From the NCBI GenBank assembly GCA_965240325.2, contig OZ251223.1:186001-250000 (forward strand): a DNA stretch of 64,000 nt, read 5' to 3'. This document shows positions 44,519-55,268 of this stretch, piece by piece (the first letter of the stretch is position 1; every line of letters starts with the position of its first letter). The position numbers and the translations under genes were made by a program. The notes under the pieces are model-generated. The model saw only the letters and a list, made by a program, of their open reading frames with translations. It did not search any database and was not told the DNA's origin. The DNA is from Rebecca billardiae RCC1528 (lineage: Eukaryota; Protista; Haptophyta).

Positions 44519-45786
44519 ATGGCGTCGAGCGCGCGATCGGCAACGTTCGTGCCGAGGCGCGCGGGCGCCGCGGAGGCGCGGCGCGTCGACACACACCGCG
44601 GCCTTGCTTGGTGCGCACACCGGTCCCCCTCCTCAGGCGCCACGCGCATGCTCTGTCGATGACGCGGCGTCGGCGCTCCGTTGCGCCATCATGCGCCGCA
44701 CGGGACAGGTATGCCCCACCTGTCGTGTATGACGCACGAGATGGCCGCCCGCCGACGATTGACTCGTTCCTGGTGGCGGAGCCCACCCCACCGCCCTTTG
44801 GCCGGCCCGATGACCCGTTCATCAAGTACTTCGTGGTGATGCTTCCCGAAGGCTCCAGCAATGGCGACCGCGTCTTCTTCAAGTTTGACGCGCCGCGAGC
44901 AAACGGTGCGCGCGTGACGTGTGGCGACGCGCGTCACCCAGTCACCAGTGAATCTCGCCCCGTGCGCTCGTTGCGGCTCCCGCCTTCTGGCTGCACAGGC
45001 ACGCCTGCGCCCACGCGCCAGGCCACCTTTGTCATCCCGCCCGGAGTGCCCGCTGAGTCGGGCACGATGATGGTCGCACCTGTGGACATCCGCAAGGCAG
45101 AGCACGTCGGCAGGCGTAACGGCGTTCTGAAGCTGTCCCGGCGCGTCTTCGGGGTGTGTCGCACTGCGCGCGCTCCGCGCCCATCCACGCAGCAGTTGCG
45201 GCTCTGTGAGACAGGCCGCTCACTCGAGCGGTAGCTGGTGGGTGGGGTGAGTGGGGTGATGTGATGGCTGATTGACGTCCTCCGCGTCGGCCGCGTTCTC
45301 CACTCGGCCGTGCGGTGTGCGCCGCAGTGGTTTATCGCGCTTTGCGCGGCCGCGTGGTTGACCGTCTTCTTCCTGCCGGGCGTCGAGTCGTTCTGGGCGT
45401 GGGTCCCCTTCGGCGCAGGCCTGGGCGTGGCGCTCTGTGTGCCAGGGCCTATGATCTACCTATACGAACGGGGACTCGCACCCGCCGAGCTCATCGCGCG
45501 GTATGGCAGCGATGGCCCTGGGCGTCCCAGCTACGGAGACGCGGCGTGGTCTGGGCGCAGTGCGCATGACCATCGGGCACTACTATCGGGCGGACACGGT
45601 GATGGCGCGCCGCTCGGCGGTGGCGGGTGCGCAGGCCAATGCGCACTGGGCGCCGGCTGCGCTGGGGCCATGTGCTCGGGAGGTGGCTGTGTGGGCGGCG
45701 GTGCTGGCTTCAGCTGCGACAGGCGCCCGCAGGCCAGCAGCAGGGCAAGTCGTGCTGTTGATGATTCTGACGTCGCCGCAGTCTGA
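44519..45786 (+). CDS. Hypothetical multi-exon membrane protein (predicted introns 44557-44708 GC-AG, 44906-44998, and one ending at 45327)
   Basis: MASSARSATFVPR|YAPPVVYD.. splices in phase. The last exon has two TM-like segments and a Gly/Cys tail. The third donor site is uncertain. Confidence 0.45.
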
Positions 45787-47669
45787 CGACGATGCGCGTC
45801 TACTGGTACTAACTAGGCTCTGCAGGTAGGCCTGAGGCGACGACTGGCCTGAACAGATCGAGCCCCGACGGGCCGCCGCAGCCTCATGTCGTCGCGACCG
45901 CGTACTCTAATTATAATAATTATATTATTATATTTAATCATGTGTTAATACATATATAATTATTTACTAATAATAATAACGCATTTAAAATTGCATTATT
46001 ATAATAAATACTAGCAGCTGTTTAGTAGCAGCAGCGTATACCGTAGCTACGTGTACTTAAATACTTTATTATTTATTGCCTACTGCCTTAGACGACAAGT
46101 GATGTCTAATAACGGTGCGTGCCCGTCATGTCTATTTCGAAATCCGAGCGCCAGAATTGGTACTGCCTGCGCAATGGACGAACATTGGTATCTAAATAAT
46201 AACGTGGATTATAGCTATATCATCGGCAGTCAGGCAGCAATGATGTAGATAGCAGGGCTCGCTCCCACTCCCAGGCCGTACAGCTATAGTCTATTAATAG
46301 AGAGAGAGAGAGACATTATGTACATCATCACTTAAATTTTGAGATGCGTGCATTATATCGGCAAATTACTGCGCGGGTTGTTTTAATAATGATAATGATA
46401 CACTTTGTACACACGACACAGAATACGGAGTCACTCGGAGTGAGAGAGAGAGAGAGAGATCGTTGGGTTCACTGGCCAGCTGCATTGTTGTCAGCGACGC
46501 TGACGACCCGCGGTACTAGCTAAAAGCGGGAAAGGCACGAACTTCTACGTGCGGCATTTCAGCGGTGTAAATGTGCGCACGTGCACAGGCAGCGGCACAA
46601 CCGACTGAACGGGGTCGCTCGGTGTAACGGCTGTCACCTCGGCTCTATTAAAGGGTTGCTCCTGTACTTCGCTTTCGCGTGCACGCGCGCACGAGTGCAC
46701 TCGCGGCGGCCGTACACTGACTTCGGATTGCGTTATATGAGTGGCGCTGAAAGGCGAATAAATCAGCACGGCACGTACACAATGTTGGCTGTCACTGAGT
46801 GTGCGCGACCAAACTAGTAAAGACGCAGGCGTCGCAGACGCTAACTATTATAAACTAACCCCCCGGGTTACAGACATCATTGGTTGGGCATGGAATTGGA
46901 TTCGCCATGCCCTTCCTGGATCTATTTGTGATGACGCAAGCGTCCCGTAGCTCCATGTGAGCATCATTCTAGCGCGGGCCGCCAACACCGACTTGTCGAC
47001 GATTAGGCACTGCCGCCGACGAATCTGGAGACCTGCGACGTGATTCGGACCTGCGTCGTTCAATCCTGATTGTGCGCGACCGAGCGCGGTGAGCGAGACT
47101 GCTAAGCTCCAGGGAGAGACTCAGACTGAGAGGTGTGAGACATATGCGCTTCAAATCGTCCCGTTTCTGTGGCCTCGCCCTTCCGCCCCGCAGTCAAGGC
47201 CTCAAGGGCCGTCCGTTGCGTCCGTCCCGGCTTGCCACACGGTCACGAGTCGTGACGTCTACTGGTACGAGTATGGTACCGAGCGGGATGCGCGAGTGCA
47301 GAAAAAACCATGGGGAAACTGACGTCACTAGTACTCATGTTCATGACGCGCATGGTGAAATAGTCTCGAGGGAATCTACGGCCCTGAGACGTGACATCGG
47401 GTTCCAGCAGGCGTCTCCGCGATTGGCCGGGAGTGAGCCAGCTTGGGAATTCTTCGCACGCGGGTCCTGGCCACTTCCTAGCACGCCAATAAGGAATTTT
47501 ATGATACGGGGTCAGGACCCCGTATTCAGCTTGGGGCAATCTCCAGCTTGCCCAGTTGCTCCAGCTACATAGTCTTCAGGCTCTCTCGCTCGGGCAGCAA
47601 GAGTACGTCTGTTGTGCCGTGTCGGGCGTCGGACCCCTTTGCCGCGCCCCCATCTGTTGCGCGGGCGCA

Positions 47670-50600
47670 ATGTCGACAGCAACGCGCGTGGCGCCAGAAC
47701 CGCGGGTGGACCTGGCGCGGTGCTCGCCGCCGGAAGTGTCGGTGCAGGCCTCAGGCCAGTCGCCCAACACACCCCGCCGCTTCTCGCAGCCCGAGGTGAG
47801 GCGGCCAACGGTGCGAGGCGCGGACGAGGGCGACAAGCCCAAGCGACGGCCGTCGTGGCACACGGGGATGGCGATGGGCTCGGAGGCGGAGGCGCCGAAG
47901 CTGACGGGGGAGGAGAAGCAGGCCCTCGATCGCGCGACGTACCGCAAGGCGCGGCCCCGCGCCATGCTCTCCACACCGGCCGACACCAACGCCGAGCCGG
48001 GCAAGTCGCCGGCTGCGTCGCCGACGCAGAAGTCGCCGGCGCGCCTCCCGTTCGGGCGCAACGCGCAGGGCGGCGTGCAGCGGGACAACCGCGGCTCGAC
48101 GCGCTCGCTCTACGAGATCGACACGCCGCTCGACGGCGCGCACCAGCGCTCCGAGCGCACGCTCGAGCTGCAGGCGTACAACGACGACGGCACGCTCGCT
48201 GAGGAGGGCGGCGGCGCCTCGCTGCGCAGTCGGCTCAAGGTGATCTCGCCGACGGACAGGAGGAAGCGGTACTGGGACATCATGATCGTGGCGTTCGCGC
48301 TGTACTGCGCCCTCTACTCGCCGTACGAGGCCTCCTTCCCGCCCTTCAGCCCCGCCGTCGAGGACGTGCTGCACGCGATGGAGTACATCACAGACGTGGC
48401 CTTTTTGGTGGACATGGTGCTCATCACGCAGACAGGCTACTTCTCGTGCGCGCGCGCGCGCACGGGCGCAAGCGCGGGCGGGCGTGTGGGCGGCCGGGCG
48501 GCCGGGCGGCCGGGCGGCCGGGCGGGAGGTGGTGGTGCTGGGCGGAGGGGCGGGCGCCCGTCGCCGCTCCGCTGCGCACGCCGCGCCGTCTCGCGCTCAC
48601 GCGCGCGCCCGCGGCCGTGTCTCCCTGCTTGTGCGCGCGCGTGGCCGCAGCTACGGCAATGTGGTCTCAGACCGGATTATGATCTTGAGGAACTACGTGC
48701 GCACGTCGCTGCTGCTCGACGTGGGCAGCGTGATCGTGCCCTTCGTCGGCATCATGGCCGGCGGGCCGGAGATGCTCACGCTGCTGCGCATGTGGCGCAT
48801 CTCGCGGCTGAGAAGGTTCTCCAAGGTCGTGACGCACGGCCCGCTGCTCACGCGCATCCTCGCGCTGCTCTTCTGCTGGCTGACGTGGGCGCACTTCGTC
48901 GCGTGCGTCTGGCACCTCCTCGCGCTGCTGCCGCTCTCGGTCGCCGAGACCACGTGGATCGAGTACTTCGACATCAAGCGCGACCCGACCACCGAGTACG
49001 TCGAGTCTCTGTACTGGGCGTTTGCGTCGATGACGCCGATGGGGTACGCGCGCGTCGCGGCGGTGTCCAACTTCGAGAAGGTGTTCGCGATCGCGGTGCA
49101 GCTGACGGGCGCGGTGATCTACGCCGCGGTCTTCGGCACGATCACCGCGGCGATCAACACGCGCGACCGCATCGAGTCGGAGCACGTGCAGCGGCTGCAG
49201 ACGGTTGATCAGTTCTCGCGCACGTACGGCCTCGACGTCAAGCTGCAGAACAAGCTCAGCCGGTACACCGCGATGCGGTACCAGCTGAACAGGGGCATCG
49301 ACCCGCACGCGGTGGTCGAGCCGCTGCCCGAGGCGGTGCAGCAGGAGGTGTACATGCAGGTGCGCGCGTGTTTGCGCCGCGCCGCGCGCGCGCGCTCGGC
49401 GCTGCCGCGCTGCCGCGGGCCGTGGGCCGTGGGCGGCGCCGCGCGGCGCCGAGGCGCCGCTGCCGCGTGCGCGCGCGCTGACGCGATCCGTCGCGGTCGC
49501 GTGCTGCGCGTCGCCCGGCGTGCGCTCGCAGGTGTACCTGCCCTTCGTCGAGCACGTGCCGCTCTTCGCGAACGCGCCCGTCGACTTCCTCCACGAGATC
49601 GTGCAGAAGCTGAAGCCGCAGGTCTGCCTCCAGGGCGACTTTGTCTTCCGCAAGGGCGTACTGCCGAGCGCCATGTATCTCGTGCAGCGCGGCAAGTTCG
49701 CGCTGGTCGTGGAGGCTCGGAAGCCGGTGCGCCGGCTCTCGTTCCTCAAGTCCGACGCGGCGCTGCCCGGCGCGTCGAACACGCGGCGCAACTCGGACGC
49801 CTCCTCCTTCGCCAAGTCCATCATCCGGCGCGCGTCCGGAGGCGGGCCGGTGGCGCTAGGCACGATGCTGTCTCACGCGTCGCACTCGCAGCAGTCGCAC
49901 CAGTCGGGCGATCGGAACTCGACGCAGGACAGCGCGCCGGGCAACGCGCCGGGCGGCGGCAGCGCTGGTGGAGGAGGCGCGGACACCTCGGCCGGCACCG
50001 CCGGGCGTCGCAGCAGCGGCGACCGCAACAGCGTCGGCGGCGATCGCGCAAGCGCCGGCGACCGCCGCGGCTCGCGCGGCAGCGACGCGGGCGCGGTCGA
50101 CCCGAATGAGCCGACGATCCTGACGACGCTCATGCCGGGCGCGTCGTTCGGCGAGGTGGCGATGCTCACGCGGCGGCACCACATGTACTCCGCGCAGGCG
50201 CTCACCGACGGCGTGCTCTTCAAGTGCGGCCTCGATGACTTTATGGAGATGGCCGCCGTGTTTCCGGACTTTGTCGGACGGATCAAGCGACGCGCGCTGC
50301 GCGAGCTGCAGACTAAGGCGCGGCACAACCTGCACACGCAGGGGGCGGACCAGAAGCACCGGCGCGGCACGGACGACAACGAGGAGCTCTTCCAGCAGGT
50401 GCACGCCGCGGCCGCGCAGCTCGCGGGCGACGAGAGCGCGCCGCCGCTCAGCGCGGCGCGCTCGCCCGCCAGGGGCGGCTTCCGTCGAGGCGCCGCGGCT
50501 GCGCTCTTCACGTCTGGCGGCTCTGCGTGCGGGCACGGCGGCGACGATGCGAGCTCGGACGCGGGCGGCGGCGGCGGCGGCGGCGGCGCGCTGGCCGCCT

Positions 50601-51283
50601 CGTCGCAGGAGCACCTCGTCCGCATCGAGTCGGCGATCAAGTCGCACGCCTTCGTCACCGGCCAGGCACTCTCCGAGATGGGCGAGACGCAGGCCGCGCT
50701 CATCAAGCAGGTGCGGGTGCTCTCCGCCGAGCAGGCCAAGCGGATGCAGTGGTTCGAGGTGCAGCTCTCGCGCCTCAACCGCGCGTACGCGAGCAGCGGC
50801 GCGGTCGACGCGCCCGCGCCGACCGGCACCCGGATCGAGATGCGCCGGCGCTCGTCGATGCATGGCACACAGGCGCCCGCTGCGCGCTTTGCGCGCGTCA
50901 CGATCGAGGGGCTCGACCCGACGAGCCTGCGCCTGTCCGCGGAGGATGGTGCCGACCTGCTGGAGAGGCAAGCCGCCGCCGCCGCCGAACACGCGGCGGC
51001 GGCCGCGGCGACCACGAGCTCGGCGGCCCCCGAGGCGGTGCACAGGCGCGTCGACCACCCTGCCGCGAGCGCTTCTGCGACCATGGCACAGCACGCCGCT
51101 GGCGCGCCGGGGACGGCGGCCGCGGTGGCCGCAGCGGCGCCCGCGCCGACTAAGCACACCTTTGGCAGCAGGCGGCACACCGGGAGCAGCGGCGGTGCGC
51201 CCGAGGCGCCGCCGACACCGCCAGCCGTTGTCGCGGTTGTGCCACGGGACGCTCCCGAGTCCGCAACCCCACCAGACTTGTGA
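47670..51283 (+). CDS. KCNH/HCN-like voltage-gated cation channel with CNBD-like domain; exons 47670-48445, 48651-49359, 49532-51283
   Basis: ISPTDRRKRYWD S1, S4 LLRMWRISRLRR, WAHFVACVW, YVESLYWAFASMTPMGYA, C-linker, VPLF, GDFVFRKG, GASFGEVAML. Confidence 0.88.
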
Positions 51284-51745
51284 AACTTGTATCCTGTGAG
51301 ACTAATCTCCGCGCGCCCGTGCTGATTAAATATTAGTGATTGCCTGTAATACTAATAGTGATATTTATAATTATAATTATCATCAGCGCCGCAGTCATTG
51401 TCATGATGTCATCACAGCATATATGTACTATGGCGTCGTCCATATATCATCGACGATCATCAGATCGCGTCATCGCGACGACATGTTCATCATCAGCAGT
51501 CTGAGCAGCGCGCGATTTTGATTTTGAATAGACGATCGAACACGTCGTAGCGCAGTCGCGTCGCGTCATCGACATCGCGCGCACGCAGTGGACATGCGCA
51601 GCAGAGTCGTAGTCGACGTGGTACTTATGATACGCCGGCGCGCGCGCGCATTCCGATGCGCATGAGGCTCGTCCAGCGTCGTTCGCGAGGATCGTCCGTG
51701 CCCATCATCGCCATCGGGCCGCGGGGCCGTAAGCTCCCCCTGAGA

Positions 51746-53194
51746 CTACATGTCCTCCGTGCCCATCCGGTAGGCTTGCTGCTGGAGGAGCGACGCGTTG
51801 GCCTGCATCTTGAAGAACTCCTTCTCGAAACCGTTCGAGCGGTCAACGCCGTCCCACCGGTGGCCGGGCGCGATGCCGAAGCGATTGGGCGGCGGCGCCG
51901 GGCCGCGGTACTTGGGCCGAAGCGCCTCGGCGGCAGCGCGCGCCTTGTCCGTGCCCACGCGGCCTGCGAGCGGGTCGCCCCATCGGCTGGAGTGCCGCAT
52001 GCGCACGTCACGGTCCGTGTCGTCTTCGTACCTGGCAAACGGCTTGGCCGCCTCGGCCTGCGCGTACGCTCGCTGCTGCTCCTGCCGCTGCTTCTGCGCG
52101 AGGCCCTGGCCCCAGGCCGGGGCGGCGGGCTTGGCACCCGCGCCGCCTTCCTGCTGCCGCATCATCTCCGTCAGGTAGTCGAGCCTCTTGCCGTGCTTGT
52201 CGCGGTACACAGTCTCCTCCTCCGCGCCGAGGGCGCGCGCATCCGCGCCGCGCAGTGACTCGCGCCGCTGCGCCTCAAGCGCCGCCACCTCCTGCTGCAC
52301 GTCGGTGTGCAAGCCGGGCGCGGTGAAGGAGCGCACTGCAGATGGCTCGGGCTGGGCGCCAGGCGCGGCAGGGCCCGCCGCTACCGCCGCGGCAGCTCCT
52401 GAGCCATCACGGCCGGCGCGGCCAGCCTCAGCCACCGGGCGACGCGGCGGGCTCGGGTCATCGTCGGCCCCGCCGCCGCCAGCTGCGCGCTCGGGCGTGT
52501 CGTGCCGCGGCCGCCGCCGTGGTGGGCTGGGGTCATCGTCCGCAAAGCCGCCGCCAGGTGCGTCGTGCTCAGGCGTGTCGTGCCGCGACCGCCGCCGTGG
52601 TGGGCTGGGGTCATCGTCCGCAAAGCCGCCGCCAGGCGCGTCGTGCTCGGGTGTATCGTGCCGCGGCCGCCGCCGTGGTGGGCTGGGGTCATCGTCCGCA
52701 AAGCCGCCGCCAGGTGCGTCGTGCTCAGGCGTGTCGTGCCGCGACCGCCGCCGTGGTGGGCTGGGGTCATCGTCCGCAAAGCCGCCGCCAGGCGCGTCGT
52801 GCTCGGGTGTATCGTGCCGCTGTCGCCGCCGTGGCGGGCTCGCGTCGCTGCCATCCGCAGCCCTCTCCTCCCCGTCACCGACTGTAACCCATGTCGTGAA
52901 GACCTGAGGCCGGTCACGCGACACTGACTCAGGCGCGCTCGGTGCCTGTGCCTGGCCCTGGAGCACGTCTTCGGCGCGGAGGATGGTGTAGTTCATGTCG
53001 CGCCCAATGTCCTGCAAGTTGCCCTGGCCCACGGGCACTGCTGCGGCCTCATCCTCGTCAACGAGCCGCAGGCCCGCGCCGGTGCTAGACGCAGATTTCT
53101 TCTTCTTCTTCTTCGCCTTGTGCCTCTCCTTGGGCTCGTCCGCCTTCGCCTCCGAGAGGTAGTTCTTCCGCAGGTACTCGCTGAGGGAAGACAT
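51746..53194 (-). CDS. BUD13: Pre-mRNA splicing factor BUD13/CWC26 (RES complex)
   Basis: MSSLSEYLRKNYLS, RxRHDTP repeats, ETVYRDKHGK, WGQGLAQ, RWGDP, PPNRFGIAPGHRWDGVDRSNGFE. Confidence 0.92.
   Translation of the reverse strand: MSSLSEYLRKNYLSEAKADEPKERHKAKKKKKKSASSTGAGLRLVDEDEAAAVPVGQGNLQDIGRDMNYTILRAEDVLQGQAQAPSAPESVSRDRPQVFTTWVTVGDGEERAADGSDASPPRRRQRHDTPEHDAPGGGFADDDPSPPRRRSRHDTPEHDAPGGGFADDDPSPPRRRPRHDTPEHDAPGGGFADDDPSPPRRRSRHDTPEHDAPGGGFADDDPSPPRRRPRHDTPERAAGGGGADDDPSPPRRPVAEAGRAGRDGSGAAAAVAAGPAAPGAQPEPSAVRSFTAPGLHTDVQQEVAALEAQRRESLRGADARALGAEEETVYRDKHGKRLDYLTEMMRQQEGGAGAKPAAPAWGQGLAQKQRQEQQRAYAQAEAAKPFARYEDDTDRDVRMRHSSRWGDPLAGRVGTDKARAAAEALRPKYRGPAPPPNRFGIAPGHRWDGVDRSNGFEKEFFKMQANASLLQQQAYRMGTEDM
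52501..52820 (-). repeat. Four 78-bp coding repeats (156-bp higher-order dimer) in BUD13
   Basis: Units start at 52501, 52579, 52657 and 52735, alternating ABAB; they encode DDDPSPPRRR(S/P)RHDTPEHDAPGGGFA. Confidence 0.9.
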
Positions 53195-53328
53195 GCTGCG
53201 CACACACGCGGGCGATGGCTGCCAAGTGCTCGCGGCGGCCGGAGCCTTCCATTTCACACCGTGTATTATAGGTATGGATACATAGCCTCCGAGTCGTCGA
53301 CACTCGTGACGATTGTCAAGTAGTGGGG

Positions 53329-54694
53329 ATGGCGACCGGTCGACGGGCCGTCACGCCCGCTCGACGGGCAACCAAGACCGGCCTCGGAGTTCGGGCTCGC
53401 GCGTGGATATGCGCTGCCTTGGCGTGCTATGGGGCCGCAGGCGGTGCGAGGCGTCAGCAGACGCCGTTGCGGGCGACGATTCACATTGGGCCAGTGAAGA
53501 CGGGCTCGAAGACTCTCCAGTTTGCCCTGTTCGACCACGACCCGGCAGCGACGCTTCCCCATCTGCTCGTGGCGAACGACGGCACAGATGTGCCGTACAC
53601 GGACCATCGGCTCGCGGGCCGCGCACCTCCGAGCGTCTTGGCCCCGAAGGCGCAATACTCGTACTACTTTCAACAGCTGGGGCTAGTTTTGGCGTTGACT
53701 CTTCACGACTCCCACGTGAAGGCGCAGTCTGAGTGGCGCACGTTTATGATGCAGCTGAACGAATCCGAGCGCAGTGCGCGCAGCGTGCTGATCTCGAGCG
53801 AGGTCCTCGCCTTCAGGCAAGTTCGGCCCTCGCAGCTGCTGGCCGCGCTGCAGCCCGCGTATGACGTGAGCGTGGTCCTCGTCTACCGCCGATTCTTCGA
53901 ATGGATTGTCAGCTTGAACTATCAAGGCGCTTCGAACGCGAATACCGCAGCACGAAGCGAAGGCCCCATTCCTCTCGCCGAGAGAGACGTATCGCCACTG
54001 GGCCACCGCTGCGGCCAGCACCGATGCTAGGGGCGTCGGTGGGCGCGCGCGCGTGACGGTGCTGAACATGCACGACAGGTCGCGCGGGCCGCTGCTCACA
54101 CGCTTTGTGTGCGAGCACGTGGGCGCGCGCCACGCGTGCGACTGGGTGAACACGACAGCATCGGGCAAGCGGCTTGCCTCGACGCGCACACATCAGCACC
54201 AACCACGCGCCTTCTCTACGTTGGCCGACCTTGTCACAGCAGCCGCCAAGCGCCGAATCGTGCCAGCAGGCCACCCCTCCTGGGACGAGAGCACGCTCGG
54301 GATAGTGAGCGGCATGGCCGCGCACTTCACGCACGCAGGACTCGAGCCACCGCGCGCGTGCATACCCGAGCCCGAGCTCGAGTGGGCGTGGCAGCGCTCG
54401 CTTTCGGAGGAGGCATTCCTCGTGCCCGAGTGGCACGACGCGCGCCGGCTGCGCGAGGCGTTCGAGGCGCGGCTGCACACCTCCTGGGACTTCTGCTACG
54501 GCGACATGGACGCTGCCTCGGAAACGAAGACTGCGCGTGTGCTGCGGTCATACTTTGACAGCATCCTGTCGCGCAACAGTACGAGGACGTGGCACAAGGT
54601 CAAGGGGTGCCCAGCACCACGCCGGTCCGAGACGGTTCACAACATGGGCATATTGGGCATTTATAAATTCCCCTTTATAACGGGCTCCGGGTGA
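53329..54694 (+). pseudogene. Frameshifted sulfotransferase-like (P-loop) secretory protein
   Basis: IHIGPVKTGSKTLQ, VLISSEVL and VVLVYRR..W motifs. The reading frame switches near 53965-53990, and the C-terminus runs into the 76-bp repeat. Confidence 0.55.
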
Positions 54695-54739
54695 TCAGGC
54701 TGGCGGCCGAAGCCTCCAGCCCTACCCTGGCCAGCCCCC
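54664..54739 (-). repeat. 76-bp dispersed hairpin repeat, copy 2
   Basis: Identical to 8895-8970. Confidence 0.8.
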
Positions 54740-55268
54740 AACCAACCACCACCCTCACCCAACCTCAAACCACTGACCGAGACACCTAGTGTCTTGACAG
54801 GCCACTCTAGTCTGGAAATGAGGAAATCGACTCTCGAGCGACGAATGTCAGATCAAAATTCAAATAGAACTTTACTTGTATCATAGACGTAATAGTATTA
54901 GTCAATGACAGACGACGTAGCTTAGTCGCGTGCTGACAGTGACTGCTGAGGCCACGGCGGCCGACTGGCAACTTAGCCGAACTGCCAAGGCTACGACGGC
55001 TGTCCGCGAATGCGCGACGATCACGATGCCCGATGACGAGTGATGTCGAGAGCGGAGTCGGGTGGTGACCGATGCGGCCCGGGCTGGCAGCCTGAGCCTG
55101 AGGAGTGAGGCCGAGGTCGGAGCCGGGGGCCCGGGCCGGCCGGGCCGGGGGGGGCAGCGCGGCGATGGCGAGCTCAAGCTGCACAGGGACGCGCGCCCCC
55201 GCTGAGCCGCTAGGGCGGCGAGGACGCTCGACGGCAGTGAAGCGCCCCCGACCGAGCTGCGCCAGCAC

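Noticed and set aside
45905-46460. AT-rich tract and (GA)n runs as an origin or foreign DNA
   Set aside because: Similar stuttered AT-rich tracts occur at other gene 3' ends in the window; no specific structure
52501-52820. BUD13 RHDTP repeats as a novelty
   Set aside because: RxRHD(S/T)P repeats are a known feature of BUD13 proteins; only a recent local expansion is seen here
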